DNA from: Nageia nagi
Lineage: Eukaryota; Plantae; Pinophyta
DNA length: 64,000 nucleotides
Assembly: GCA_050084985.1 (NCBI GenBank)
Contig: JBITNC010000001.1
Coordinates: 155,372,001 to 155,436,000, forward strand
Direction: 5' to 3'
How positions within the stretch are numbered: the stretch's first letter is position 1; each line of letters begins with the position of its first letter. Below the pieces are notes generated by a model. It saw only the letters and a list, made by a program, of their open reading frames with translations. It did not search any database and was not told the origin of the DNA. Made by a program: the position numbers and the translations under genes. Of the stretch, positions 35,464 to 49,293 are shown piece after piece.

Positions 35464-38384
35464 TCAATAACTTTTGAACCAAATATATACCTATAACATT
35501 CCATTGATTACTACATTACTTCAGCAACATACTACAACTCCATTGAAGCTTAAACAATGAGTTTTTTTAAATACTCCCTGCCTCCCAAGAATTATAAATT
35601 AGGTTTTAGGATGATAAATGCATATGAACTTAATGATAACTTCCAGCATTTTCAGCATGAACAAGAACAAGTTCAATATGTCAAACCTAGATATCTCTTT
35701 AATTCAACCACTGATCAAGGACTTTAGCCTTTTATCAATGAATCCATTTCACATAACATTGGTGATGAGAATGAGCAAGTTTACTGGTCAGAATTGTTAG
35801 TAACTTAGTAGAGATAGTTTAATCAAATTGAATTTACAGCTACCACTAATGAATTTAATGCCATCTTATAACATTTTAATTAAATTACTAAACAAATATG
35901 AGACAAGCTTTCTTTGTAGAATACATTGCACATGAAGATATGTATTTTCCCCTGGCACTTGTTATAGGGCTGCCTGACAATCTTAAAAGCATCATTCATG
36001 TCAACACCTGTGTTGCAAATATTGTAGCTATGTCTCTATGTCCATGAATTTCTGAAGGTAAATCTTGGTAGGTTGCATTCTAGAACAGGAAGGCATATCC
36101 TCTAGCAGTCAGAAGAGGTGTGCCACTTTAAAAGCAATTTGAGCCTTATTCAGTGGCACAAGACCATTAACCGATTTGGAAGTGAGCAGACATCAAAGAG
36201 GATCATATTCTTCTTTGGAATCCCATTTCATGAGTAAGCCCTCAAATTTCAGTACATGTCACAGTAAAAGAGAAATAAATCCATCATGGCACTCCCACAA
36301 GAGGAACACTAAAAGGTACATTTTTCAGAACTAAAGATGTCTAAGGCCTAGACATCTAACCCATCTTCACGCTATTTGTTGTCAAATCTCTTTCTGAAAC
36401 CATGAATTCCCGGTGGAGGCTAGCAATCCATTGAAGATACAGAGGAGTAATGGAGCATGAAGTTAGAATATGCATTATCCAGTTCAGATCAATACTGCTA
36501 GGCCCTTCCATACAGATACACTGCAAATGAAAATCCACCGATATCATCAAAGCAGTGCCTTATGAAGTAGCGAATGGATCAAGAGATACATACCTTGTCA
36601 TTTTATTGTAAACAAAATCTTAACGCAATCCTTGATATCCATTGAGCCTATAACCAAAAATAATGAATGAAAACATAAAATGCATGCACCAATGAAAAGG
36701 TTGCCATTACAGCAAAATAATGAGAACTTTGTTCACTAATTTGCTGGGAATTCAGTCAGCTCAGCAAGCTCGATGTCTTACCTGCCACAGATTCTAGTGA
36801 TAATACCCTCACCCGATGTCAGTCCATCTTATCTTGACCTGGGCATATGCACACTTGGTACAGCTTATTATAACTTTTGTATATTATTGGTGAATCTAAT
36901 ACACTATAAATCCATCCTAAATACTCCCCTAACTCCTATAGTCAATATTAGAAATACACAGTAGAATAAAAAATCATAGAGAGGATCTGAGACTCAAAGC
37001 AGGCACAACATAATTATGCATTCAAGTGCATCCACACAAAGTAATGTGACATATATCAGAACTCATACAATGGTTTACTTTGAAGTCATAAAAACAGAAT
37101 ACAAAAGTAAGAAGACACAGTTCTGAGAATTAGTATTAATTTAAGATGATCTCCTGATAAGGAGGACAAGAAGCCTTATGTCAGTAAAGAATAATGTGAT
37201 GTTTTCAAACACCCCAACAATCTAAAATGTGAATCACTAGGATGCATAATACCATAATGTCTGCCCAAATGTGTACTGATACATCACAGTTTTAATAAAT
37301 TAATTACCATAATATGACCAAAGGTTGAGGTTGCCACCATCCCATGATAAATCATAGGAAGACAATCATAAAATGCAGGAATCAATATCTACCTTCTTTC
37401 ATATGCTAGACCACTTCAGTCAACAAATAATGCTCTGGAAAACAATTGAGTTTAGAAAGATGGAGATAAAGATAATATTATGATAAATGATTGTTGCTAG
37501 AGGTGATTGAATGATAAATGGTTGTTGCTAGACGTAATTGAACTATAACTACATAAGCTTTGATATTCTCTATTATATCAATGAAGCCCCAGATAGCATC
37601 CAGAAACACCTTTTCAACGTGCCATAACAAATCCATTGATTTATAGGGATTTCTGTTAGTTAAGCTATGCTACCAATGTTTGTAATGGACCTCTGATGTA
37701 CTAAATAGGATATATCAAATAAGAGCTGTCCCTTGTGATGTCTGGTCCTCTTATTGTGTAATCTTTAAGTAACTTGTATTGGTCAAGATATACTTTGCAC
37801 CTTGGCTACTTGTTTCATCTGTAACTCTGTAGAATTTAAAGAAATGATTTTTCTCTCTAGTCTTCTCTCGTAAGAGATAAGGTGCATACGTTTATCTCCA
37901 ACTTCATGTGTTTCTCTGTTATTATTTGCTTACTCTCTTTTCTTCTATCCATCATTTCATATCTGTCACCATGGAGAAAAGAAATTCTCAATGGATTAAA
38001 ATACCAGCATTAAAGAAACAAATATTTCTCCAGTAGTAAGCACCCAAAAAATCTTTCCTACTTCTCTGCTACATTGAACATGAAACCATTGGAATAATCA
38101 TCAGGATAGCTGTATTTCAAAGACATAACTGCAAGATTTGTCATGGGCTGCTGTTACTGAGCAAATCTGAATCCGTAGAATTAAAGACCCAAGGGCACAT
38201 GCTCCTTGCCTTGAATTGGTCGTGAGATTTAAAGGATAAAGTGAGTGAGTGAAGGAATTGCTTCGGTGTTCCTATAAATTGAATCATCTTTGGCCTCCAG
38301 GGATCAACGACAGAAGCCTTAAAATTACTGTGAACAGAAGAGGAACAGAGTTATCAAGAAGCAGACAAAAAAAGGGATTATTCA

Positions 38385-38650
38385 TTATATTATTATCATC
38401 TGGTGCATGTTGAATTGAAACCAAATTTGTTGGGAACATTATTTGTATGCAGAAAGGGAAAGAGATTGCAGTACACATAAATGTAGATGTTTCATAATTA
38501 GTTATTAAGAAGCAAATAGAAATGAGGGATCATATTATTATCATCTAATGCATCTTGATAAAATGGCAAATGCTGTTAACCCCTAGTTGGTATTGAATTT
38601 GTTAAGAACATTATTTCTATGCAGAAAAGCAAAGAGATTGCAGTACACAT
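38385..38650. repeat. Local direct duplication of ~100-120 bp
   Basis: ATATTATTATCATCT and GAACATTATTT.TATGCAGAAA...GAGATTGCAGTACACAT occur twice. Confidence 0.7.
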
Positions 38651-39789
38651 GCATGGGGAGATTTAACATGTAGCTTCTGGAATTTGGGGCATGACAAGCA
38701 GACTACTTGGTTGAAAGATACCGAATTCCTCATGTAAATGTTGAAGCGACCAAGGGGTATGAGATTGGACACATCGATCTCTTTGATATATGCCATAGCT
38801 AAAACCATCAAGAAATGGTATAATAATATGGAATCTTATCAATTTTATTCAAGGAGCATCTTGTACTTGCAAATGAAAAAATACGCCTAAACCACAATCA
38901 AAACACAATTTTGAAGTTACATATATGCTTGTATTTATTGAGTTTTCAAAGTGCTAAGCTATTTCTAACCAAATATCAGTAAGTCAGAGCGAAACCCACT
39001 AGTTGATGATGGGATGGGTCAAGTTCACTCACCAGAATCTCTTTGTAACTATGGTCAGCATAGAAGGATGAGTCAAGAATGGAGAGAAGTGGTCTTATTA
39101 TATGTTAAAAACTTAAATGCAGCTTGAGCGCGACAAATCATGAAGATGTATTATTTTATGGAAGGCGCACCTCTCCTGGTGCAATTCTTTCTTTACCCCA
39201 AATCAAATCTACATATCTCTGATGCATAGTATCTACTGTCTATTAGCAATGAAAGAAATCATTCTTGATCTCATGCATTGCGTGCTGGAATCATGCATGG
39301 TTTAGTATCTAAGCTGCATGAAACTTGGAAATGTACATAGTTTCTAAGATAGAAACCCTTCCAAGGAGGTAGACCAAAAACTCCTTAGAAACAGGGAATA
39401 GGTAAAGGAAACAGCCAATTAAAAAAAAATCAAGTTGACAAAGATGACGTGCATATGGATGAAGACAAAAAATTATAGAATTATAAAACCTATGCCAAAA
39501 GCTTTTACAGATGATGCAATACATATCATGTCACTAAGAACTATATAGAAGTCTACAAAAACACGCGAGTAATCGCCGCTTAATCACGGGTACTCATGGT
39601 TTTTTGCTCGGACAAATGTCTCCACATTCAGTTGTGGCAGGTTTTTGCGCTTCCTCGGTGCTTATTCGGAAGTTACTCACTACCCATGAAACATAGACTG
39701 ATTTCGTGGAAAAAAGACAGTGAAAAGTGACTTAAACTGTCTCATTGTGACCAATTCTTCTCATTTCAGTGTGTGTTCAATTTTTTTGC

Positions 39790-40510
39790 TCTGCAAGTTA
39801 GTTTGTGTTCCTCCAATACAATCTTCACCTTCATGTAAAACAAGTAGAGGTCACAGATACCAATGATGTCATTGACATTGATTCTATGGATCCACTAGCA
39901 GATTGGGTTGCTGAAGATGTGGAACCCATCTTCACTAAGGCAGACATCAAGCGACTTGAAAGGGAAGCAACAGGTGAAGGTATATCTAGTGGAGAAGCTA
40001 CAATTCATATGCAGCCTAAGGATGAGGACGAGTACATACCTGAGATTGGGGATTCTAGGATGTGCCACCTCCTTCACAACCACATGTTGCAAGGAGAGAG
40101 CCCAAGACAGATACAAGGGCAAGGGGAAAGAGGCCATTGCAGCACTAGTAGTTTAGAGTCTTAGATTTTAGGGTTCGGACTCAGTTTTGTTAGTTTAGAA
40201 CATTAGATTTTGGAGTCTAGACTTTAAAAGTTTAGAAGTTAGAAGTAGAACTACTTGACTTATGAGTTATGACTATCTACATTGTTGTATTTAATATTTT
40301 TGATGATCATTGATGATCACAAACAATGAATAATCATTGCAGCTCTCTAATTTCATATTTAAATATGATTTTGTATGTTTTTTTAATGAAATGTTTGAGG
40401 GTTTTTTTTTTTACCGAGTTTTTCCCAAGTACTCTATGGACTCTAAGTTACCAAGTACTCTTCAAAATTTTCCTGGCCAAGTAGTTCCAAGTCTGAGTTT
40501 TCCAACACTG
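39790..40510 (+). mobile_element. 3' end of a hAT transposon (transposase C-terminal remnant and right TIR)
   Basis: KLV...QYNLHLH...DSMDPLADWVAE resembles the hAT dimerisation-domain end LVYVQYNLRL; ends TTCCAACACTG with CCAAGT/CCGAGT subterminal repeats. Confidence 0.6.
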
Positions 40511-41299
40511 CTATACCTCTCATTTGCGAAGTTGTCAAAAATTCAAAATTAGCAATAGAACTAGAAAACCTAACTCAATAGCTTCAACTCAAAGATGCAT
40601 GAGAAGAATGTTAACATTCTCATTATCAAGTGCAGCCAAGGAAATGTCCATGCTGATATTTTTGTAGATTCAACTCCCAATTTTTCTTCTCCATGTTAAA
40701 TACTATTATTTCTGATGGGGCATAAGACAAAGAGCAGAATGCACAAAGACAGGAATCTATTTCAAAAGACAAGAAATGCTTGGCAATGCCCCTGTAAATA
40801 TGTTGAAATCACCATAGAAAAAATAAGGACATGTTGGAAGTAACCCTGATAAGTTTCTAAGGAGTTTCAGCAGAGAAACATTTCCAAACTGGGAAACAGA
40901 AGCACCACAGGTGTTTCCTGCAACATAGTTTAATATTATCAACACCCATAATTAACAACTTCAAGAGAACATGTTTCTCAACTTAAAACTCTTGGCTAAA
41001 TCTTGTCTTACTCACATGAATATTTGAGACTAATGCATGTTTTTTTTTAAAAAAAAAAGAAACTTTAGTTGTAGCAGTTTTCAGGTCAAGATCCACAGAT
41101 TCGGCGTCAACATCAAGGACTCTTAAGGTGTAAATGAAAGGCACTGCCATGTCCAGTTGTAACCAAGGCAATCAACTTGTTCAATATCAGAGGCCTAATT
41201 ATGTAAGGAATAACTGTTTTCATCTCTGTATGAAGGCAGGTAAAAATGAGAATAAATTACATATAAAAGTTGTACAAACAGACACTTAAACTTGACTAG

Positions 41300-43161
41300 C
41301 TTATGAGAGTGAATTTTCATTTTGAAACTATCAAAGAAACAAATTAAGATGAAAATTACAAAAAGTAAATTACAAAAGAGATATCATCCTTTGCCAATCT
41401 TACCAGGAAATGCTTCTCCCACAATTTGAGATTTGCAAGGTAACTTATTAGTTCTTGCTAACAGCCAATATGATGCATGAAAATAGAAGCTGCAAAGAGC
41501 CTTACTTTTGGCTCAATGGGATTTGGTACAAATCCCCAAAGTCCAACTGCTAACAGCAAAATCACTCAAACATGCCGTAGGAGAGGGACATTTGACTCCA
41601 AGCTCCGGATCTCACCAACAATACTCAAAATTATGCAATTAACCCAAGGTCTAGCTAAGAGTGAGAAATGTGCAATATCAAACCCTCAATAATGAAATAT
41701 GACCAACGTCCAATTTGGAGAGCAATAATATCACAAATAACAATTAATAATCATCCACAAAGCCAACGTCTGAAATAATGATGCCAATTACTCACAATAA
41801 TGCCAAATTATGCTAGAGATCCCCAGTCTAGGTATGGTGAGCTAGAACATGAATTAACAACACAATATGCACTCCAAATCCAACGTCCAAGCAAGATGAG
41901 AGAATTGACAAGAATATAGCAATATAATGTAATTGTATTTGAATAGGAAATGTAGTGAACAATTACAAAGATAATGCTATGAAGACTGATGCACCAAGGC
42001 TCAGATCCGCAGTGTGGCAAGGCTTGCACCAGGGCTTCCTCCTCCAACAATTGTGGTGGAATCTCAGAGATCAACTACCAGTGTTTTATTAATCCGAGGG
42101 TGATGCCAACACCCCTCAAATAGCTAACTAACAACTTGGTTTGCACCAACCCCTAAGTGTGTGCCCACGTAAGTCCTGTACTACAACCCGCTATAGGTAC
42201 CTCACTCTGAAGAAAAGAATTTGGAAGAGCAACAATCAAACCAAGAGTAACAAATAATAATAATAATAATAATCGCATGCTTTTGGTCTTCCAAGAATCC
42301 TCATTATATATAGAGAGGTAGCTCATCTTCTAATCTTGCGTTAAGGTTGATCCAACGGAGTACAAGGGTGATCCGTGTGCTCACATAACCAACATCCAAG
42401 ATGGGGAGTCTTGGGATGGGTCTTGTCACATCCAAGAGCTCCTAATTGCAATGCCTCATGTAAGGGGATTCCCATGCGCATTAGGATCCATAAAATCGTC
42501 ATTAAATCCTCTAAGTGTAACATTGAGCCTTGGGGTTCTCAATGGTGTCTCGAGATGCCAAATAACAATCCAATCCTCTAGGTTTGCCACGTCCAAGCTT
42601 AGGTGTCTTCTTGATGCCTCGTGATGGGTGAAATCACCTTGGTTCATGCATCTACCTCGAAAGGGGAGCAATATTATTAAAGAGGCCCATTAAATGCCAA
42701 TATTAGAATCATCAAGGCTAAATATATGCAACATCCCAAATAAGGTGACTAATATTGCATTTACAGTTAATAATTGCCTTAAAATCATCAAATACAACAT
42801 TATTGGCATTATTACAAATACCACTAATTACAAATATGAAAATACTCCTAATTAAATATAAATCACTCCTAGATAAACTAAATTGCTATTGCTCATCCCT
42901 AGAGGATGAACGTCACTCTCAAATGAGAGTGAATCATGAATTTCCGCACGAGCACGATATGAGCAAATTAGCCCGACGGGTGAACTTCCAAGTGCCATAT
43001 CTCCTTCATTTCTTGATGAATCCTAGTCGTATAAATGTCAAAACGAATGGCATGAGATTTTCTATCCATTCCAAGTGATGAATTTGCAATTCCTGGCTTG
43101 TGGAGGACGAAATCCCTTCAAGCTTGGAAATAAGTTGGAAGCTCAAATTGGGGACATTAAA
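41300..43161 (-). mobile_element. Probable decayed solo LTR (left boundary uncertain)
   Basis: GGGACATTAAA resembles the reverse complement of TGTAATGTCCC; minus-strand TATA near 42306; shares segments with 1-800 and 60430-60510. Confidence 0.45.
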
Positions 43162-43548
43162 TAAGCACATGACTACAGTATGCTCATTCTATTGCATATA
43201 GCCAATTGCTTTGCAGTACATATCAACAAACATACATTGTCAGATGTAGTCAGAGGAAAAATTATATAGATGTATATTATAATTTGCATACTTATAACGA
43301 TCCAACTTATGGTTGAATAGCAGAGAAAGATAGAAGTTGATAATCTGCAAGCATAAGCATGTGTCAATTGAATATACATAATTATTTTACAAAGAAAGGC
43401 TTTTATAAGTCTGAATGGCTAATCTCAAGGGTAATCCTTTCCTATTGTTATATCTCAAGCAGTCATACGGATATATAATTCATGTTATGGTGCTTAACCC
43501 TTGGACTACTTAACATAGACAAGTTGCTCAGAAATCCGCAACCAATTA

Positions 43549-43773
<225 letters not shown>

Positions 43774-44019
43774 TTATAAAGAGAACATTGATACAAGAAA
43801 ATCAGAAATGAGCAGTGTCCAAACAAGAAGCTTTCTCCAAAAGTTTGATAGCTAATATAATCTTGTTTCTTGTAAAGGAATAAGCTTGTAGGGTATAAAT
43901 GTAAATAAATTTATCAATTAGAAATAAATCATATAAAACTAGTTAACTAAATCCAACATAGTTACCAATTTTTTTCCTCAATTTTTTCTCTTCTGGCACT
44001 AGAGATAATGGGTTGAGGG

Positions 44020-44420
44020 ACAAGCAAAAAGGCCTTAGGACTTCTACAAACAGTATCACCACTGTTGTCCCTCTTTGGCCTCCACATTCACACTGTAAGG
44101 TTCATGCAGTTGGTCATGAAACTAAAAACAACACAATTGGATACGTACAGGTGTTTGCCCATACTCCAAGGAACCTCCTCTTGGTGAACCACCTAGGCAA
44201 CATAGAAAAATCACCCCTACCATTTAGTAGGTGATTCCGGTAAATCTTGTTAGGATTCCTTAGTGTACCATATCAATGGAAGCTTAAAGGCCAGAACTAA
44301 TGTCTATGTTGCATTCCATAGTGCCAATGATGTGTCCAGAGAAGGATGTGGCCTATCTGAAAAGGTGTTGGCTCGTTTGCCTTCATGCCATACCTGTTAA
44401 TACATGAAACCGATGCTCTC
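44020..44420 (-). pseudogene. Decayed Ty3/gypsy integrase C-terminal remnant
   Basis: Fragments TFQIGHILL and AFKLPL resemble RTFQVGD.V.L and AYKL.LP. Confidence 0.3.
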
Positions 44421-46809
44421 TTTTATTTGTTACACCACCTGCAATTTACCTCTACCATATACTCTCATGCCTATGGCAAATGGGGTAAAGATCATATTTA
44501 AATAAGAAAAGCTGTAAATGTTGTTTTAAAAGAAAAGGATGACAGAAGTGTAGAGTCAATTGGTGAGCTGCTCATTATGACAGGAACTCACAGGGAATCT
44601 ATCAAATGCCTACCATTAAATAAAACATACAAAATAGCAAGACTCTGGTAAAGGTATTACCAAAAAACATATTCTGCAGGTTACATTGTAGGAGGTCCTC
44701 CCTCACGTTAAAAGGACTGGTAATACATGACCTATTTCTTGATCCATTTTGTGTTCTACTTTCTTTGGTGTATATGAATCTTCTATTATGTTTTGTCTAT
44801 TTTGCTGTATATTGTATATTAGTAGTTAACTTTTATAGTACATTTGCACACGTGCATTTTTGCTGTTAAATTGGATTTTGTTGGAGGATCTGCCTGCCTA
44901 ACAAGGTAAGTTCAACCATGGAAGCCCACACACAATAAGAAGAATTTCATATGGGCAAAAAATATGATACTCTCAGGACCAATCAACAAAAAGAACTATT
45001 TGGAGAGGATTTCTCATCCATGTGGGATATTGCTGTGAGAAATTACGTTCAATAACAGGCAGAAGAAACCCAGCACCCAGCCTAGCTAGCATGGCAAAAC
45101 ATGAAGCAGAATGGGCTCATGGATCTGTTGTGCCTGCACAACACCCCCCAAAATTTTGCATTTTGAGGACCCTCGAAAAATCAAACATCGATGCAAGGAC
45201 GAAGTTTTGTCTAGAGGAATGTATGCATCATGGTTTAGCTAAGAGGAAACATGTTAAATTTGTACGTGCACGATGAAGTTTAGTCAAGAAATTGCATTTT
45301 TCCTTAGGCGCACTGTTATGCTGCATTTTCAGTACTCATACTTGCATTTTTGGCCGTTAAAGTTGCATTTTTGGGTCCCTCATTCTACAAAAGTCATTCC
45401 CCTTTCATTGCATCTTCATTCAGGAATCATTCTAGTGCGACCCAAGAGGTGAACGTCCCATACTAAGGATATTTTTGAAGTCATCCAAATTGTAAGGAAA
45501 AAGAACTAGTTGCATGTTTTAAGGGACATGCTTTTGCATGTCCCCAAAACTGTGCGACCAAGGATTAGAGGTTCTATACTTAGCCAACTTTTGAGCGAAG
45601 TCCCTAAACGATGCACCCAACTTCGAAAAACAAAATTCGGCTAAGTGTTGGGCCCGAACGTTGACAAGTGTGACTACATGCATTTGACCCCCTCTTGCAC
45701 CAATCACAAGGCAATACCTATCCCATCCGAGAAGGTTATAAAAGGGTGTGTTGTGCAGGAGATGCAGCATTCTGAGGACCCAATTTTTTGCAATGGCAAT
45801 GAGCAACATTGCCTGGGCATGATCAACTTACAGCCATTATGGAGACCCAAAATGGCTAGATGATCAAAGTAGCAAACGAGTATGCCTCGGAGTCATGAAA
45901 AGAGTTTGGGTCAGCCAGTGGCCAAGTTAGGGCCCGCTTTCAAGCGACACCTCACAAGATGGAGTTGTGGATCACGACAACAACCAAACAGTGGAGTTTT
46001 GAACGAATGGCCATTAGGGCAAAAAAGGTGTCGTTTTGGCAAATTTGAGCAACAAAGGTGCTAAAGAGACAAAAGGTGCATTTTGGTCAAGTTTGAGACC
46101 GGGAGCAGTAGATACAGTTAAGATGACGAAAATGCATGTTTTTGTACAAATTGAGCCCGGAAAGGGTATCTACAGCCAAAAAGCGTGTTTTAGTCAAATT
46201 TGAGCCCAAAGAGCCAAAAAATGGTCAATAGCACGAAAAAGCGCGTTTTGGTGAATTTTGAGCCCAAAAGTGGTCAATGTAGTAAAAATGTACGTTTTTG
46301 CACAGTTTGAGCCCGGAAGGCTCAGAAATGACCAAAATTGCAAATTTGAGGTCAAAGTGCTCGGAAATGCCCGAAAATGCCGAAAATGGTCGTTTTGGCA
46401 CATCTTGAGTTCGAAAAGGCTGGAAATGTAGATTTTGAGCTCGAAATGCCGAAAATGATCGTTTTTTCACCGTTCAAGCTTGGAAATGTCTGGAAATGCC
46501 GAAAATGGTTGAAATGCATACTTAGAGCCTGAAAACACCGAAAATGGCCGGAAGTGCACCATTTGGGCCTGTAAAAGACGGGAAAGGTCGAGGATGTGCA
46601 ATATAGCCCAGAATGAATGAGAAAAGCAAGTTTGGGCACCCTTGAGGGCTAAAATAAAAAAATGAGCGTTTTGGCATCTGAAAAGCTTCAGGTTGAGCCT
46701 AAAAAAGTGAGTTTTTTTCAAAGTACTCGGAATGAAAATCCAAGAGAAAGGTGTGGGGCCAAATGACAAATTAAGGCCACTCTACTCTTGGAAATATCGA
46801 ATAAACTCG

Positions 46810-48000
46810 AGTTTTAACCCCTCAAAAAGTTAGGGGGGAGTTTTGCAAGTTTTCCCTCACTTAGTCTAATTTCAAAAAATGGCCTATTCTCTTCAAAACA
46901 TGCGCCTACCTTTTGGGAGGCCCAGATTGATCCAAAATGGCAATTTTTGAGCTCAAGAGCGTGGAGATCACGATTCTACATCAAATCGGTCTTTCAAGTT
47001 CGCGATTTCGACGAGTTTTGCTCCACCGAAAGTGAGAAAAATGGAAAATGAGAAAAAGGTCAGCCAATAGGAATGCTCCAAATTTTTCAAAATTTCAAAA
47101 ATGTCAAAATGAAAATCTAATGAAGAGGTAGGGTGCCAAATCCAATTTTAGGCACTTTCCCTCTTAGAATTTTTGAAAAATATCAAAAAATGCCCCTCAA
47201 AAAGCTAGGCACTGGTTTTCCCTTTTTTCCCTCAACTTCTCCAATTTTGAAAATGGCCTAAAACCTGCACCTACCCTTCTTGTGCCCCAAAATTGCTAAA
47301 AATTGAAAATTTTGATCTTCATGGGGTATAGAATGAGATTTCACACAAGATTGATGATTTGAGTTTTCCAAAAAAATGAAATCTACTTCCTCAAATCATC
47401 AAAATTCGATTGACCAATGAGAGAGTTCCAAAATTTCCAAAATTGGCCAAATCAAAAAGAGAGAATGAGGTAGGGTGCAAAATTCAAAAGAAATTAACAT
47501 TGCCTCTTGCAATGTTGCAAAAAAATCAACTTTTTCCCCTCAAAAACCTAGGCGGCAGTTTTGCCTCTTTTCCCCCATTTTCCAATTTTTCCAAAACATG
47601 CCAAAACCCTCAAAACCAGCACCTAGCTTTCAAGGCCTCATTTTTGCTTAAAAATTAAAAAAAAATTGTTCCTAGGAGCATGGGAAATCCAATTTTGCAC
47701 ATCATTCATGTTTTAAGCTTTTTGAAAGAAGTGGATCTACTCCTTCAAAATGACAAAATTTTAATCAGCCAATGGGAGAGTTTGAAAATTTTCGGAGTTT
47801 TTCAAAATTCTCAAAATCAAAATTGGAAAGAAAGGTAGGGTGTCAAATTCCAAGGAGATCAACATTGCCTCTTGTAATGTTGCAAAAAAATCAAGTTTAG
47901 CCCCTCAAAAAGTTAGGCGGCAGTTTTGGGAGTTTTCCATCATTTGCTCAAAATTCTAAACATGCCTAAAACTCCTAAAACCTGCATCTAGCCTCCTTGA
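46810..48000. repeat. Degenerate ~345-375-bp tandem repeat, 3.5-4 units
   Basis: CCCTCAAAAAG.TAGG at ~46819, 47194, 47538, 47902, each followed by AAAAC..GC.CCTA. Confidence 0.75.
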
Positions 48001-49293
48001 CCCCTAAAATTGTTCAAAATTGCAATTTTGTGCCTCTATGAGATAGGTGGCGTGATTTTACACCATGTTGATCCATCATTTGTGCAATTTGGCCCACACA
48101 AACTCCCAAAAACCATCTTATTGCATTCAAAAAGGATTCAAGGGCTGAAAACTCAAGAAATTTGGATAATTTTGCAAAAAAAATCTCAAAATTTGAAATC
48201 CAAATCTGAAGTATGGAGGTTGAAGAGCATCCAAAGGCCATCATCTTTGCTTCCAAGACCCCCCACATTGCACCAAATCTGTTCCTTCCACACTTAGGCG
48301 CAGGTTTTGGCTTATTTCCCATGTTTGGTCATTTTTCCCAACGTTGGCAAGGAGGAGGAAAGGTCCAAAATGCAAGGTTTTGCTCTAGGGTTGATGAAAG
48401 GTTGACATTTGGCACCTTTTGACCCCTTGAGCCTATAAATACAGCCATACCCTTCCATTTTTCACCACTCTCATTTTTGCACCCTTATGGTGCCCAAATT
48501 GTTGAAAATTTGAGAGCAAAGTGAAAAAGAAAGCCGACATTCAGCCTTGGAGGATATTTTTGAAGACTTGACACCATTTCCATTCACCCAAACTCCATTA
48601 AAATTCAAAATCCAAACATCCTCTATTTACATGAACTCCTTTTTTTCAAGTTTTGAGGATTTTTACACCAAAACCCCATTTTCCTAAGCCTCAAACACTT
48701 GAAAATCTATTTTTCCAGATTTCAAGTTTGATCATTTTTTTGGATACCCTCTATCCATGTGATCAACTTTTATTTTCAGCAAAAAAAAAAAAAAAATTAT
48801 GTATCATCCAAGATCTGAGTGACCAAAATCCTCAATTATTGACAAAAAAATCCAAAAAAATTCCAAAAACTCCAAAAATTGTTTTTGAAGTCTGTTTTGG
48901 CCGTTTCAAAGTCTAAAAAACCTTCCCCACTCATTCTCCATCCATCTAGGATTGTAAAACTTGATTTCGGCACCATTTGCCAATTTTGCCAAATTTCACC
49001 ACTTTTTCTTGTTGAAAAGGTCAACTTTTTTGAGAAAAAATTGAAAATTCTCCAAACGTCTTAATTTTTTTGCTAAGGCATCCCTCTTTGAGCTAGTTAC
49101 CTTTGTGTCATCCCTAACTCACCCAAAAGGATTTGAAAATTGCAAATTCTGACACTTTAAGATGATGGCATACTTCGAGTGAAAAATGCCAAAAAATACA
49201 AATTTTTCAAAAACCCCTCATTGTTTGCCCAGTAAGTGCTATAAGCTTCCCAGGACTCTTCTAACTCTTGTTGTTCTCTTAGACAGGGACACA

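Noticed and set aside
36000-36560. Possible LINE remnant
   Set aside because: Only a few suggestive residues (LLMKW); insufficient support
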